Part shown: positions 9,998 through 19,439 of the stretch, one piece after another
How positions within the stretch are numbered: position 1 is the stretch's first letter
Layout of the letters: each line of letters starts with the position of its first letter
Origin: Fidelibacterota bacterium
GTDB lineage: Bacteria > Fidelibacterota > UBA8477 > JABMPR01
NCBI GenBank assembly: GCA_018650445.1
Contig: JABIFX010000081.1
Coordinates: 23,407 to 87,406, forward strand
Direction: 5' to 3'
Length of the DNA stretch: 64,000 nucleotides
The notes under the pieces: model-generated
Told to the model about the DNA's origin: nothing
What the model saw: the letters and a program-made list of their open reading frames with translations, nothing else
Database searches by the model: none
Translations under genes and position numbers: made by a program

Positions 9998-10545
9998 TCA
10001 TTTCCTAATTTTCCATATCCACTGTCTTCTCTGAAGGCAATTTGATACTGATCCTCAGTACTCAGAATAGCTCCCTTTAGCTAATTCATGCTGTAATCCT
10101 CAGATACACCAATAGTTAAGCTTTCCATATTGCATTCATTGTACTAGGGGTTTTTGATTCAATATGTAGGTATCCCCTTATGCCTATAATCATCTTTAGT
10201 TCTAATATAGTTCAAGGTAAAAATGCACTGGGAGATATAGATATGGCTACCAGGACAAAACTAAAAGTTGGTGGAATTTCAAATGAACGAATCTGAACAA
10301 ACGATCACCAAAAAAATCAAAGCCTCCTGAATTCGAGCTTATGGAATTTTCCTTACAGGTAGAGACCATCATAATCAGGGATTGCGAATCTATCCTTTAT
10401 ATGTGTCCACTCACCGAGGATCGCCTCCCCATTATTTCAACACAAAACTCGAATTCTGTGACAATCCAGTTTTCTGCACGACTCAATCCTTCCTGCATAT
10501 GTCGGGGCATATCCCCCATTTGCAATATAATTCCCCATTTTCTGG

Positions 10546-10561
10546 TGGATATGCCCTTGCA
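10546..10561 (+). promoter_or_regulatory. Weak candidate sigma54 -24/-12 element (TGGATATGCCCTTGCA)
   Basis: The GG and GC dinucleotides have the canonical spacing of TGGCAC-N5-TTGCA, and the -12 TTGCA is exact. The -24 half matches only at TGG. It lies 120 nt upstream of the ATG at 10681. Confidence 0.3.
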
Positions 10562-10680
10562 TTTGCAAAACTATTTAAAAATGGGGGAAATCCCCCGCCA
10601 AAATTAGGATTCCCCTAATACCTGAGAATCTCTCCGTTCGTAACATAGTCCAAGACGCAACCGCAAAAGGAGAGTGCATA

Positions 10681-11670
10681 ATGTTAGTAGCAGTTTTAAT
10701 GGTTTTCGTAATTTTCTCATTCACAGGTGTAGCTGTCTTAAATGTCTCCTACCTGTCCAGCTCGACTTCCATGGAAACCGTCCAAAATATTAAACTCCAA
10801 TATGAAATGGAATCCAAAATCAATGAGGCGTTATGGCGCATCAATACCGGTGTAGATTCTATAGTTAATTATAGTTCAGGTGGAACCACTATCAATTGGG
10901 ACTCCCAGTTAAATATTCTCTCTGTAGGAATTGACAATTTTAACATGGAGTCCGAGGTATTGTTGGATCTTTCCGAAGACACCCATTTTGATAGAGCCCT
11001 TGCTTCTGATGCAACCATCAACACAAACAACTTTGACACAGACATCGCTGAAGAAAATAGTAGCCGCTTCTTTACCTTTATGCCTGAAGTAGATCTCGAC
11101 TACTTTACAGATAATGCAGTAGCCGTTCATAGCAATTGGTTCAAGCGCTGGGATGGAGATAGTGAACACGAAGATGATGAAGCATTTGCAGAGGGAATCC
11201 ATATTTTTACTGGTTCATTTATTGAATTGAAGGATATGGAACTTAACAATTGTACTCTCGTCTTTACCGGACGCTTTGTATTCTTCTCCAATAGTAATCA
11301 CATTAACGCTCCTGTGCCAGTTGATAGCTCCAATGCTCTTCCAGCCCTGGTATTTACCAATCCAGACAATAACTTTTACGTCGCAGCTGAAGGTGCCAAT
11401 CACGAGAAAGAAGATGTAATCAATGGTGCTATTTATACAGCAGGTACTATCATTTTAAAAAAGGGTGAATTGAGTGGACCCATCGTAGGTAAAACCATTA
11501 ACCTTGAAGATGGTAGTGGTTATGCGCATGATATAAGGTTTAGAGATACTGAACATCCCTGGCACTACCGCTGGCAACATGGTTTTAAAGAAAAAAGTCA
11601 TTACGATTGGCCTAAACGCATTGGTCGCTGGAGAACTGCTAAATGGGCCAAAAAGCATTCCCAAGCCTAG
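10681..11670 (+). CDS. Hypothetical TadG/PilX-like membrane-anchored protein
   Basis: AAAGGAGAG RBS just upstream. N-terminal anchor MLVAVLMVFVIFSFTGVAVLNVSYL resembles PilX_N/TadG N-termini. The C-terminal INGAIYTAGTIILKKGELSGPIVGKTINL resembles the TadG-type GxIYAP...G repeats. Confidence 0.4.
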   Translation: MLVAVLMVFVIFSFTGVAVLNVSYLSSSTSMETVQNIKLQYEMESKINEALWRINTGVDSIVNYSSGGTTINWDSQLNILSVGIDNFNMESEVLLDLSEDTHFDRALASDATINTNNFDTDIAEENSSRFFTFMPEVDLDYFTDNAVAVHSNWFKRWDGDSEHEDDEAFAEGIHIFTGSFIELKDMELNNCTLVFTGRFVFFSNSNHINAPVPVDSSNALPALVFTNPDNNFYVAAEGANHEKEDVINGAIYTAGTIILKKGELSGPIVGKTINLEDGSGYAHDIRFRDTEHPWHYRWQHGFKEKSHYDWPKRIGRWRTAKWAKKHSQA

Positions 11671-11697
11671 GTCACTACCATATTTGCATAGGAAAAG

Positions 11698-11723
11698 ATC
11701 CTCCTTCCAGGGGGATTTTTTTT
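11698..11723. terminator. Bidirectional rho-independent terminator between convergent genes
   Basis: ATCCTCC (11698-11704) and GGGGGAT (11710-11716) form a 7-bp stem with a TTCCA loop, followed by T7 on plus and preceded by AAAAG. It lies between the 10681 gene and the kinase gene end. Confidence 0.7.
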
Positions 11724-11888
11724 ATCCCTAATATCCAGGATGTGACCAGCTAATCGCGAATGCCCAAGCGCACTTCCGCAAAGATGGAATCTACTCAACT
11801 CCATGTCATGGAATTCTAAACTGTTCTTTTATTGGATGTAAATAGAGACCGGTGGTTTTATTATCGGAGTGTTTGGAGCTGGGAAATA

Positions 11889-13193
11889 CTACTTCAGTTC
11901 AATAAGAAACTCAGTGGTTTGAGGATCTATTCTCTGAAGTGAAAACCCAAACCCATGATTCATCAAAATATCTCTGATCATCATCAAACCGACACCCTGA
12001 CCGTTTTTCTTGGTGCTGAAAAAGGGTGTAAATAAATTGGACCGATCAGATTCCGAAAATCCCGACCCTGAATCACGGATACTTAACAATTTTTGAGGGT
12101 TATTTGATGTTTTAATGCTGATTCTACCCTGCTCACCAATGGCTTCCAAAGCATTCTTGAGGATATTGATCGTAGCTTGTTCCATCTGCTGCAGATCGAA
12201 TTCGCAGATCAAGGGCTCCTGATCCAGATCCCAGATTAGATCAATTTGGCGTTTCTCACATTGGACTGAGAAAAGTTTTGTCACAGTGTGTAGTACTTCA
12301 TGGAGATCATGCTTCTCTTTGGCGGGCGGAGGAAGGCGAACAATCCCAGCATAATTCTGCATAAATTGATTGAGATGTTCGTTACGGTTGATGGCCACAT
12401 CTATGACTTCAACAAAATCATCAGCATCCCCCTCAGCCAATTGATTTTTATAATTTAACATTGAATTAAGGATCGAATTGATAGCCCCAATAGAATTGCT
12501 AATCTCATGGGACATAAATCGAATGATCTTGCCGTATGTTTGTTTTTCCCGTTTGAGTAGCTCCTCAGTGAGTTCCTCGAGAATAAGGAACTGGCGTTGG
12601 AAACCACGATCAATAAATTCTGACTTCTGACATTTATACGTTCGTCCATCGTTTCTTGCCAGGGTCAGCGTTTCACCGGTTCTGAGTTGAGCCAATTGTT
12701 CTGTAAAATCATCTCCAGGGGTGGAAAGCGGAACGCCAATGTACGTTTGATTGGATCCACCCAATATCCCTGAAGCAATCGGATTCAGGGAACGGATTTT
12801 ACCATCAAATTCAAGAATCACAATACCGGCCGGTGAAGCCTCAATGAGCTTATCCAGAAAGTATTGTTGTTCCTGTTGTTTCACCCGTTCTAGACGCATT
12901 TGCTCGATCATTTGATTGTACACTGCGATGAGCTCATCCATTTCTAGCTGGCCAACCTGGGTGAGCTTGGTGTTGAAATCCTTGGCCTTTATGGCTTCAA
13001 TGCCATTTTTGATCAGATCAAGTGGAGCTATAAATGAGCGAAACAGTCGTACGGAAAAGCCAATTGAAACAAGAATAACTGCTTCCACCATAAAGAAGTA
13101 AAACGGTTTTTCAGGTAGATATTGGAGTGCTAATAGAAAAAATGAGCCGTGAAGGATTAATACGAAAAGTAGGTATTGGACCCTGAGACTCAT
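11889..13193 (-). CDS. Sensor histidine kinase (two closely spaced TM helices, HAMP, PAS, HisKA, HATPase)
   Basis: H-box FMSHEISNSIGAI. N and G boxes NILKNALEAI, IRDSGSGF and GQGVGLMMIRDIL. There are only a few residues between the two N-terminal TM helices. Confidence 0.9.
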   Translation of the reverse strand: MSLRVQYLLFVLILHGSFFLLALQYLPEKPFYFFMVEAVILVSIGFSVRLFRSFIAPLDLIKNGIEAIKAKDFNTKLTQVGQLEMDELIAVYNQMIEQMRLERVKQQEQQYFLDKLIEASPAGIVILEFDGKIRSLNPIASGILGGSNQTYIGVPLSTPGDDFTEQLAQLRTGETLTLARNDGRTYKCQKSEFIDRGFQRQFLILEELTEELLKREKQTYGKIIRFMSHEISNSIGAINSILNSMLNYKNQLAEGDADDFVEVIDVAINRNEHLNQFMQNYAGIVRLPPPAKEKHDLHEVLHTVTKLFSVQCEKRQIDLIWDLDQEPLICEFDLQQMEQATINILKNALEAIGEQGRISIKTSNNPQKLLSIRDSGSGFSESDRSNLFTPFFSTKKNGQGVGLMMIRDILMNHGFGFSLQRIDPQTTEFLIELK

Positions 13194-14551
13194 TCGCCAA
13201 GACCATATTTCTCAAGACGACGATAGAGGGCTGCCCGACTGAGCCCCAAAGACTCGGCCACTTTGCTAATATTCTTATCATGGAGCAGCATGGCTTTATG
13301 AATCATGGAAATTTCCATTTCTTCAATGGTACCTAACTGTCCTTGATCGCGATGCTCCTGAGGGCTATGCTGTAATTGTGATGCAAAATCTTTTACCTTT
13401 AGATGATCATTGGAGCTCACCAGAACGGTCCGCTCGACCAGATTCTTCAATTCTCTGACGTTGCCAGTCCAGTTCAAATTCTGTAGCCAGGGTATTGCAG
13501 CCGAATCCAGCTGTAGCCCAGGTCGATTATATATGCTTTTCAATTTCTCGATATAGTATTGTGCCAGTCTAGGTATATCGCCTTTTCTATCCTTGAGCGC
13601 CGGGACATGGACTGTTATCAAGTTGATCCTGTAGAACAGATCTTCACGAAATTCGCCTGTGCTAACCAGTGCATCCAGGTCTCTGTTGGTTGCAGCAATC
13701 ACTCTGAAATCAACTCGCTTGGTTTGACTGGAACCTAGCACTTCAAAACTACAATCCTGAAGCACCCGCATGAGTTTTATCTGGGAACTGCGATTCAGAT
13801 CTCCTATTTCATCGAGAAAGATAGTTCCCTTATGAGCCTTCTCGAATCGTCCGATGCGATCGTATTTCGCATCAGTAAATGCTCCACGTTTATGCCCAAA
13901 CATTTCACTTTCAAAAAGCGAACTGGAGATGCCCCCAAGATTCACTTTGATAAATGGTCCATCCCGTCGATTGCTGTTTGCATGGATGGCTTCCGCAATC
14001 AACTCTTTCCCAGTTCCGCTCTCACCTAATATGAGAGCAGACGCATCTGTGGCACTTACACGACCAACAGTTTCCAATAGTTTTAAGAGCTGGGGGTCTT
14101 CACCAACAATTTCACCAAAATCATACACTTCATCGAGCTCAGTCCGACTGGGGGATCCAGAGCTTAATTTTGACTGGATTCCCAGATTCAGAGCGGTTTG
14201 AAGAGAGCGTAATAACTGTTTGTTATCCCAGGGTTTATTTATGAAATCAGAAGCTCCGGCTCGCATTCCCTTGACGGCCAGATCTATAGTTCCCCAGGCG
14301 GTAATCAAGATCACAGGGATTGTCTGTGTAATGCTTCGAATATCATCAAGCAACTTTAAACCTTCAGAACCACTTGTCTCCCGGGAATAGTTCATATCCA
14401 TAATGACCAGATCAAGTGCTTCATCGCTCAATATCTTGAGAGCTGCCGGGGGGGTCAGAGCCTTACATGATTCATGACCAGCCTGTTTCAACAACAGAGC
14501 CAAGGAAGCGCAAATTGCAGGATCATCATCTATAATGAGTATTTTTGCCAT
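13190..14551 (-). CDS. Sigma54-dependent response regulator (NtrC family: REC, AAA+, Fis-type HTH)
   Basis: Receiver DLVIMDMNY, Walker A GESGTGKE, sigma54-contact loop GAFTDA (a variant of GAFTGA), and a C-terminal HTH ISKVAESLGLSRAALYRRL. A 4-nt overlap links it to the kinase gene. Confidence 0.9.
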   Translation of the reverse strand: MAKILIIDDDPAICASLALLLKQAGHESCKALTPPAALKILSDEALDLVIMDMNYSRETSGSEGLKLLDDIRSITQTIPVILITAWGTIDLAVKGMRAGASDFINKPWDNKQLLRSLQTALNLGIQSKLSSGSPSRTELDEVYDFGEIVGEDPQLLKLLETVGRVSATDASALILGESGTGKELIAEAIHANSNRRDGPFIKVNLGGISSSLFESEMFGHKRGAFTDAKYDRIGRFEKAHKGTIFLDEIGDLNRSSQIKLMRVLQDCSFEVLGSSQTKRVDFRVIAATNRDLDALVSTGEFREDLFYRINLITVHVPALKDRKGDIPRLAQYYIEKLKSIYNRPGLQLDSAAIPWLQNLNWTGNVRELKNLVERTVLVSSNDHLKVKDFASQLQHSPQEHRDQGQLGTIEEMEISMIHKAMLLHDKNISKVAESLGLSRAALYRRLEKYGLGE

Positions 14552-14630
14552 TATTCCTCCACAATCTAATGAGAGCTAGTCAATAATGCCTTAGCAATAT
14601 TGACCCAAATTGAGAACAGGTAGTTAATAA

Positions 14631-15830
14631 CTAATCATCATGTAGCGCCATTGCAGGTTCAATACTGGATGCTTGATTTCCTGGATAAAGGGCACATAGG
14701 AAGGTGATCACATAGATCAAAGCAACACTGATGAAGGTAGCCGATAAATAGATATTGGGTCCAATAAATCCCAAAACACCCAATAATGGAAATTGGATCG
14801 CAAAGAAGAGACCGATAATGATACCAAAGGTGGCCAATACCAGAGCTTCACCAATAATTTGTGCATGGATACGTTTCACTGTGGACCCCAGGGCTCGTCT
14901 CAGACCAATCTCCGATGTTCGCCGTTTGGTGTTATACCAGATCACACCAAATAAACCCAAAGCCACGTTGAGGATCAGGAAGGCACAAATGATACCCATG
15001 ATTATGGGGATAACGATGGTCTGACGATTGGCAGATTCACGGGCTTCATCTAGACGACCCATTTTGACAGTCCAATCCTTGGCAATGCCGGTAATATGAG
15101 TCAGAATTCTCTGCTCGAGTTCACGGGTTGAACCGGGCTTAACTTTGAAGAGAATGCGTGAGAACATCCCATCCATGCTATCGATCCAGTCTGGTCCCAT
15201 CAGGGTAGATCCTCTGGTTAGAAAGACCTTTTTGGAACCTGTGAAATCACCACTATTCCTGAATTCGCCGACTTGTCCAATGATCGCGAATTCCTCGCCG
15301 TCATCATCTACCAGAAATTTTCCGATGGGATCCTGATCCGGAAAAAATTCTTCCTGGGTCTGCTTATTAATAATAATAGGGGTCCGTTGGCTGGCGTTAT
15401 CCTGACGATCAAACCAGCGACCGGCAATGAGGTCAATTCCCAGGACTTGGTTAAAGTGATCACCCACCAATCCCTTATGGACTGTGATTTCCTCACCCTC
15501 ATTCATGAACTGGGTCATGCTGGTAGCGGCGGGCATAAAGAGATAGCAATTTGAATATGAGTGAAACTCTATTTCCGGGTAGCTATCCAGGGCAAACTCA
15601 ACTTGTCGTAAAGTCTCCAGAATTTCTTCCGGCTCCTGAATGCTCCAGCCAGGATTGATATACCAGACATCCTCATATTCAAATCCCAGGGGCTTAAAAT
15701 AATTATTCAGCATATAAAACAGGGTCGTGAACACCAGAAAAAGAGAGAAGAATGAAATGACAATTCCAATCGTCATTAAAGCGTTCTGCCTTTTTCGATT
15801 CCAGATCATCTTAAACATCTGTTTGATCAT
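14631..15830 (-). CDS. ABC transporter permease, FtsX/MacB type
   Basis: N-terminal TM, a large periplasmic domain and a C-terminal FtsX block (EIGLRRALGSTV...). Confidence 0.85.
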   Translation of the reverse strand: MIKQMFKMIWNRKRQNALMTIGIVISFFSLFLVFTTLFYMLNNYFKPLGFEYEDVWYINPGWSIQEPEEILETLRQVEFALDSYPEIEFHSYSNCYLFMPAATSMTQFMNEGEEITVHKGLVGDHFNQVLGIDLIAGRWFDRQDNASQRTPIIINKQTQEEFFPDQDPIGKFLVDDDGEEFAIIGQVGEFRNSGDFTGSKKVFLTRGSTLMGPDWIDSMDGMFSRILFKVKPGSTRELEQRILTHITGIAKDWTVKMGRLDEARESANRQTIVIPIIMGIICAFLILNVALGLFGVIWYNTKRRTSEIGLRRALGSTVKRIHAQIIGEALVLATFGIIIGLFFAIQFPLLGVLGFIGPNIYLSATFISVALIYVITFLCALYPGNQASSIEPAMALHDD

Positions 15831-17074
15831 TTTTGACCTCCTCGCAGGGCTTCAACAGGGTGTAGGCGAGACATTTTATAGGCGGGATAAACACCTGACA
15901 GTAGGCCAAAGAATAAGGCTATTCCCATGCTGACCAGGAAGACCTTTAAGTTTATAATCAAATGCAAATGGGCGATCATACCGCTACTATTTATCAGGTG
16001 AAGCACCACAACGGCAAGTAGCAAACTTATAAAACCACCAATAAGCGTTATGATGACATTCTCGACCACGAATTGTCCTACCAGGGTGAGAGATGAAGCT
16101 CCAAATGCCTTCCGTACTCCAATTTCAGAGGACCTTTCTAAAATCCGACTGATATTAATATTGACCAGGTTTACGGTGGGTAACAGGAGGAATAAAGTCA
16201 TAAGGATGATGGCAATGCTCATGAGTGGTGCTACGCCTCCCTCAGTTGATTCAAAAATATTCCGGGTCATGGCTTCTCCATAGGTTGAAGCACTGGTAAT
16301 TACCTTATTGAATCGACCTTCAGGGAATTCAATCATCTTCATTTGCTGGTCAAATTCCTGTCTGATCGTGGATAAATCAGCTTTGGAGGAAGCTAATAAC
16401 ATGGCATACCAGCCAGGAAATCCGCCCACTAAACTCGGTAAGCCGAAATCCTGTTTTGAGTGGGTGATAGGTAACCAGACATCAGAGTAAGGCATGATGC
16501 GCAGTAAGGATACATTTTCCACCACACCAACTACCCTAAATTCGCGTCCGTAGAGATCGATTGTTTGATCCAGGGCCATTTCCCCATCAAAATATTTTTC
16601 CCGGGTATGGCGATTGATGACCATGACAGGTGTAATATCTTCTTCATCGTGCTTGTAGAATGGACCACCTTCAAGAAATTCGAAATCCAGAATTTCCCAG
16701 AATTCAGCATCCACATATTTTACATCCAGGGCTAATTTTTTCTTGTCCTTGTAGACCACGGTTGGCCGATGAAATGATGCCATGGAGATGATTTTGGGCG
16801 TCTTCAGAGTTTTGACATACTTTTCAAAAAACCAGGGACTGAAGATTGGTCCATTCCAGGTTCCACCTGATTCAGTTTTTAAACAACCCATGGTAACCGA
16901 CAGGGTTCGATCTAACTTTTTTTCAGGAGCAACCGGGCCAAATGTATGTTCAATAAATGAAGTCACGACAATGAGAATTAACAGGGTAAAGCTGATGCCA
17001 AATAGACTAATGAAAGTGAAGAGTTTATGGCGTTGCAGCACTTTCAGGGCTGTCTTAAAATAATTTTTCAGCAT
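15827..17074 (-). CDS. ABC transporter permease, FtsX/MacB type (second copy)
   Basis: Same architecture as the neighbouring permease, with EIGVRKAFGASS in the FtsX motif region. A 4-nt overlap links it to the next gene. Confidence 0.85.
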   Translation of the reverse strand: MLKNYFKTALKVLQRHKLFTFISLFGISFTLLILIVVTSFIEHTFGPVAPEKKLDRTLSVTMGCLKTESGGTWNGPIFSPWFFEKYVKTLKTPKIISMASFHRPTVVYKDKKKLALDVKYVDAEFWEILDFEFLEGGPFYKHDEEDITPVMVINRHTREKYFDGEMALDQTIDLYGREFRVVGVVENVSLLRIMPYSDVWLPITHSKQDFGLPSLVGGFPGWYAMLLASSKADLSTIRQEFDQQMKMIEFPEGRFNKVITSASTYGEAMTRNIFESTEGGVAPLMSIAIILMTLFLLLPTVNLVNINISRILERSSEIGVRKAFGASSLTLVGQFVVENVIITLIGGFISLLLAVVVLHLINSSGMIAHLHLIINLKVFLVSMGIALFFGLLSGVYPAYKMSRLHPVEALRGGQK

Positions 17075-17082
17075 GATAACAC

Positions 17083-17748
17083 CTAGTTGACCTGGCTGCC
17101 ATCGAACAACCGGACGATCCGATCTGTTTTCATGGCAATACTATCATCATGGGTGACCATTACAATGGTAGTGCCCATATCACTGACCAGTGATTTCAGG
17201 ATTTCTAGAATCTCCTGCCCCATAACACTGTCAAGATTGCCGGTGGGCTCATCTGCGAGGATGATCTCAGGGTTCCCGACGATGGCCCGGGCAATTGCCA
17301 CGCGTTGGCGCTGGCCCCCTGACAATTGGGCCGGAAAATGTTTTGTACGTGCATTCAAGCCTACTTTTTCCAGAGCTTCAAGAGCTCGTCGTCTTCTCTC
17401 TTTACCACTCATGGTCCGATAAATGAGAGGGATCTCCACATTATCTACAACGGAAAGATCATTCACCAAATGGTAGCTCTGAAAAACAAAACCGATCTTG
17501 TGGTTGCGAATACGAGCCAGTTTCCGATCACGGAAGGAATTCAGTTTTTCACCATCCAGCAGAATTTCACCCTCGGATGGCTTGTCAAGCAATCCGATGA
17601 TATTGAGCAAGGTACTTTTACCTGAGCCAGAAGGTCCCATAATGGAAAGAAATTCACCTTTGCTCACCTTTAAATTGATATTTGTCAGTGCCAGCGTTTC
17701 GATACTGTCTGTCCGATAAAGTTTCTCGATATTATTTAGCTGGATCAT
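17083..17748 (-). CDS. ABC transporter ATP-binding protein (MacB/LolD type)
   Basis: Walker A GPSGSGKST, signature LSGGQRQR, Walker B ILADEPTGNLD. Confidence 0.95.
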   Translation of the reverse strand: MIQLNNIEKLYRTDSIETLALTNINLKVSKGEFLSIMGPSGSGKSTLLNIIGLLDKPSEGEILLDGEKLNSFRDRKLARIRNHKIGFVFQSYHLVNDLSVVDNVEIPLIYRTMSGKERRRRALEALEKVGLNARTKHFPAQLSGGQRQRVAIARAIVGNPEIILADEPTGNLDSVMGQEILEILKSLVSDMGTTIVMVTHDDSIAMKTDRIVRLFDGSQVN

Positions 17749-17788
17749 GTTCGCTCCCGTATGTGTTAACTATCTTAAATTCTTGCTC

Positions 17789-19033
17789 TTAGTCGATCTC
17801 TATTTGATCCAAATGGATATAGTCTTCCATGTCTGTGATAATCAGGCGATCACCTGCTGAAACACCGCTAATAAACTCGACATGGTCTAAGTTTGTGGCA
17901 CCGACTACAACGCGTTTGCGATGTGCGACATTGTCTTTCATAATGAATATATTCTGGGGACCGCTGCCATTGATATAGGGTCCATTTTCCGCCCGGATTA
18001 CATCATCCTTGAATGAGGTAATCACAAATACATCGACCCTCAGATTTGATCTTAGATTTATATCCGCATTATCCTCAAGATCGATGAGAAATGAAACGAC
18101 CCCATTCTCCACAGTCGGGATTATACTTGATATGTTACCAGGCAAGTCATGATCGTTTGCTCGAACTTTTATAGGACCACCGATTTTCAAACGGGTAACA
18201 TGGATATCAGAAATTCGGGCTTCAACTTTATAGGTACGTAAATCTGCTACTCGGGCAACAACAGCACCTGGCAGCACCGTTGCTCCAATATCATCTTTTA
18301 CCCAGGTGATCACGCCATCCCGATCTGCTCTGATCTCGGAGCGTTCCAACTGGCGCTCCAGTTCAAGTATAGCTTTTCTCTGGATTGCAACCTGAAGATC
18401 TACTTCCTTCAAGTCTGCCTGTAGACGTCGCTCATCGTTTTCCATCTGACTACCTAACAGTTCCCGCTCTCGTTTAGCGATCTTTAAATTCAAACGGGCC
18501 TGATCAAGCATGTCCTTGGTTTCAGCACCAATCTTATGCAGACGTTCACGGAGATTTAATTTTGATTCATTGAGATCAATCTTGAGTGTGTAAATATCAT
18601 ACCGAGCCTGGAGTTCATTGCGATTTTTCTGCAACTGAAGATCCAGTTGAAGTTTTCTGTTTTCCAATAACTCGAGTTGTTCCTTTTGACTCTCCAGTCT
18701 GAGAGTGATAGATTCCTTGTTCATGAGCACAATCTGTGATCCTTTTGAGACCTGTGCGCCTGCTTCGAAATAGATAGCCTCTATCCGAGATTGAATCGGG
18801 CTGGTTATTACTTGTTCAAATTCAGGAATAACAATGCCAGTGGCACTTAGTGCATCTTCAATCCGCCCCTTTTCAGCCATTGAAACCACGATGCGGTCCG
18901 CATCTAATTTTGGCGTAATTATCCACCGAAGCAGCAAGAGTACTGCCACCAGTAGCAGGCCAATTAAAACGTATTTAAACAGGACCTTTGATTGTCGTTT
19001 GTTCACTTCGCTTTTACTCAGGTCTCTATCCAT
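17789..19033 (-). CDS. HlyD-family periplasmic adaptor (membrane fusion protein)
   Basis: N-terminal anchor, a long coiled-coil (LESQKEQLELLENRKLQLDLQLQKNRNELQ...) and a beta-barrel C-terminus. It is the first gene of the efflux operon. Confidence 0.85.
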   Translation of the reverse strand: MDRDLSKSEVNKRQSKVLFKYVLIGLLLVAVLLLLRWIITPKLDADRIVVSMAEKGRIEDALSATGIVIPEFEQVITSPIQSRIEAIYFEAGAQVSKGSQIVLMNKESITLRLESQKEQLELLENRKLQLDLQLQKNRNELQARYDIYTLKIDLNESKLNLRERLHKIGAETKDMLDQARLNLKIAKRERELLGSQMENDERRLQADLKEVDLQVAIQRKAILELERQLERSEIRADRDGVITWVKDDIGATVLPGAVVARVADLRTYKVEARISDIHVTRLKIGGPIKVRANDHDLPGNISSIIPTVENGVVSFLIDLEDNADINLRSNLRVDVFVITSFKDDVIRAENGPYINGSGPQNIFIMKDNVAHRKRVVVGATNLDHVEFISGVSAGDRLIITDMEDYIHLDQIEID

Positions 19034-19118
19034 GGAAAATCTTCACTTTCATTTCGTCCCGGTAAGAGCTAAGCCGTTTTCCTGGGATGTCATTTGCTTA
19101 TTCATATATATCTGTATA

Positions 19119-19134
19119 TTCAATCAACGTGCCA
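19119..19134 (-). promoter_or_regulatory. Candidate sigma54 promoter for the HlyD-ABC-NtrC-HK operon (TGGCACGTTGATTGAA)
   Basis: On the minus strand, TGGCACG is an exact -24 element. At the correct spacing the -12 reads TTGA instead of TTGC. It lies 86-101 nt upstream of the HlyD ATG at 19033, and the operon itself encodes a sigma54 activator. Confidence 0.35.
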
Positions 19135-19439
19135 CACTATATCATGTTGTTTATATACGACTTATGAAATCACTATTACACAAATAGTGTCCGATAATGA
19201 ACACTTCTGCAGCAGGTACGCTGGAAGTGAACACCCCATAGAGTCGTCTGTTCTGGAAATATGTGTGATTTATTCTATATCTGAAGGAGTAAAAGTAGGA
19301 TCAATTTCTCATGAATGAAGAGTCAGTTTGCAACCTTTTATAGCCATTGCTCTTGGTAGGTACAACCTGACTCCCAGGTTAGCTGCAATGATGAGAGCCC
19401 ATTTGATCTTGATTGTAACCAATTTATGTCCTTGGATAA

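Noticed and set aside
10504-10525. A second sigma54 promoter at GGGGCATATCCCCCATTTGCAA.
   Set aside because: The spacing from GG to GC is 16 nt instead of 12, so it cannot be a -24/-12 element.
10341-10618. Track ORFs 10341..10607 and 10382..10618 in the long intergenic region.
   Set aside because: They overlap each other in two frames, have no RBS, are Cys/Ile/Pro-rich and non-protein-like, and are built from the repeat motifs themselves.
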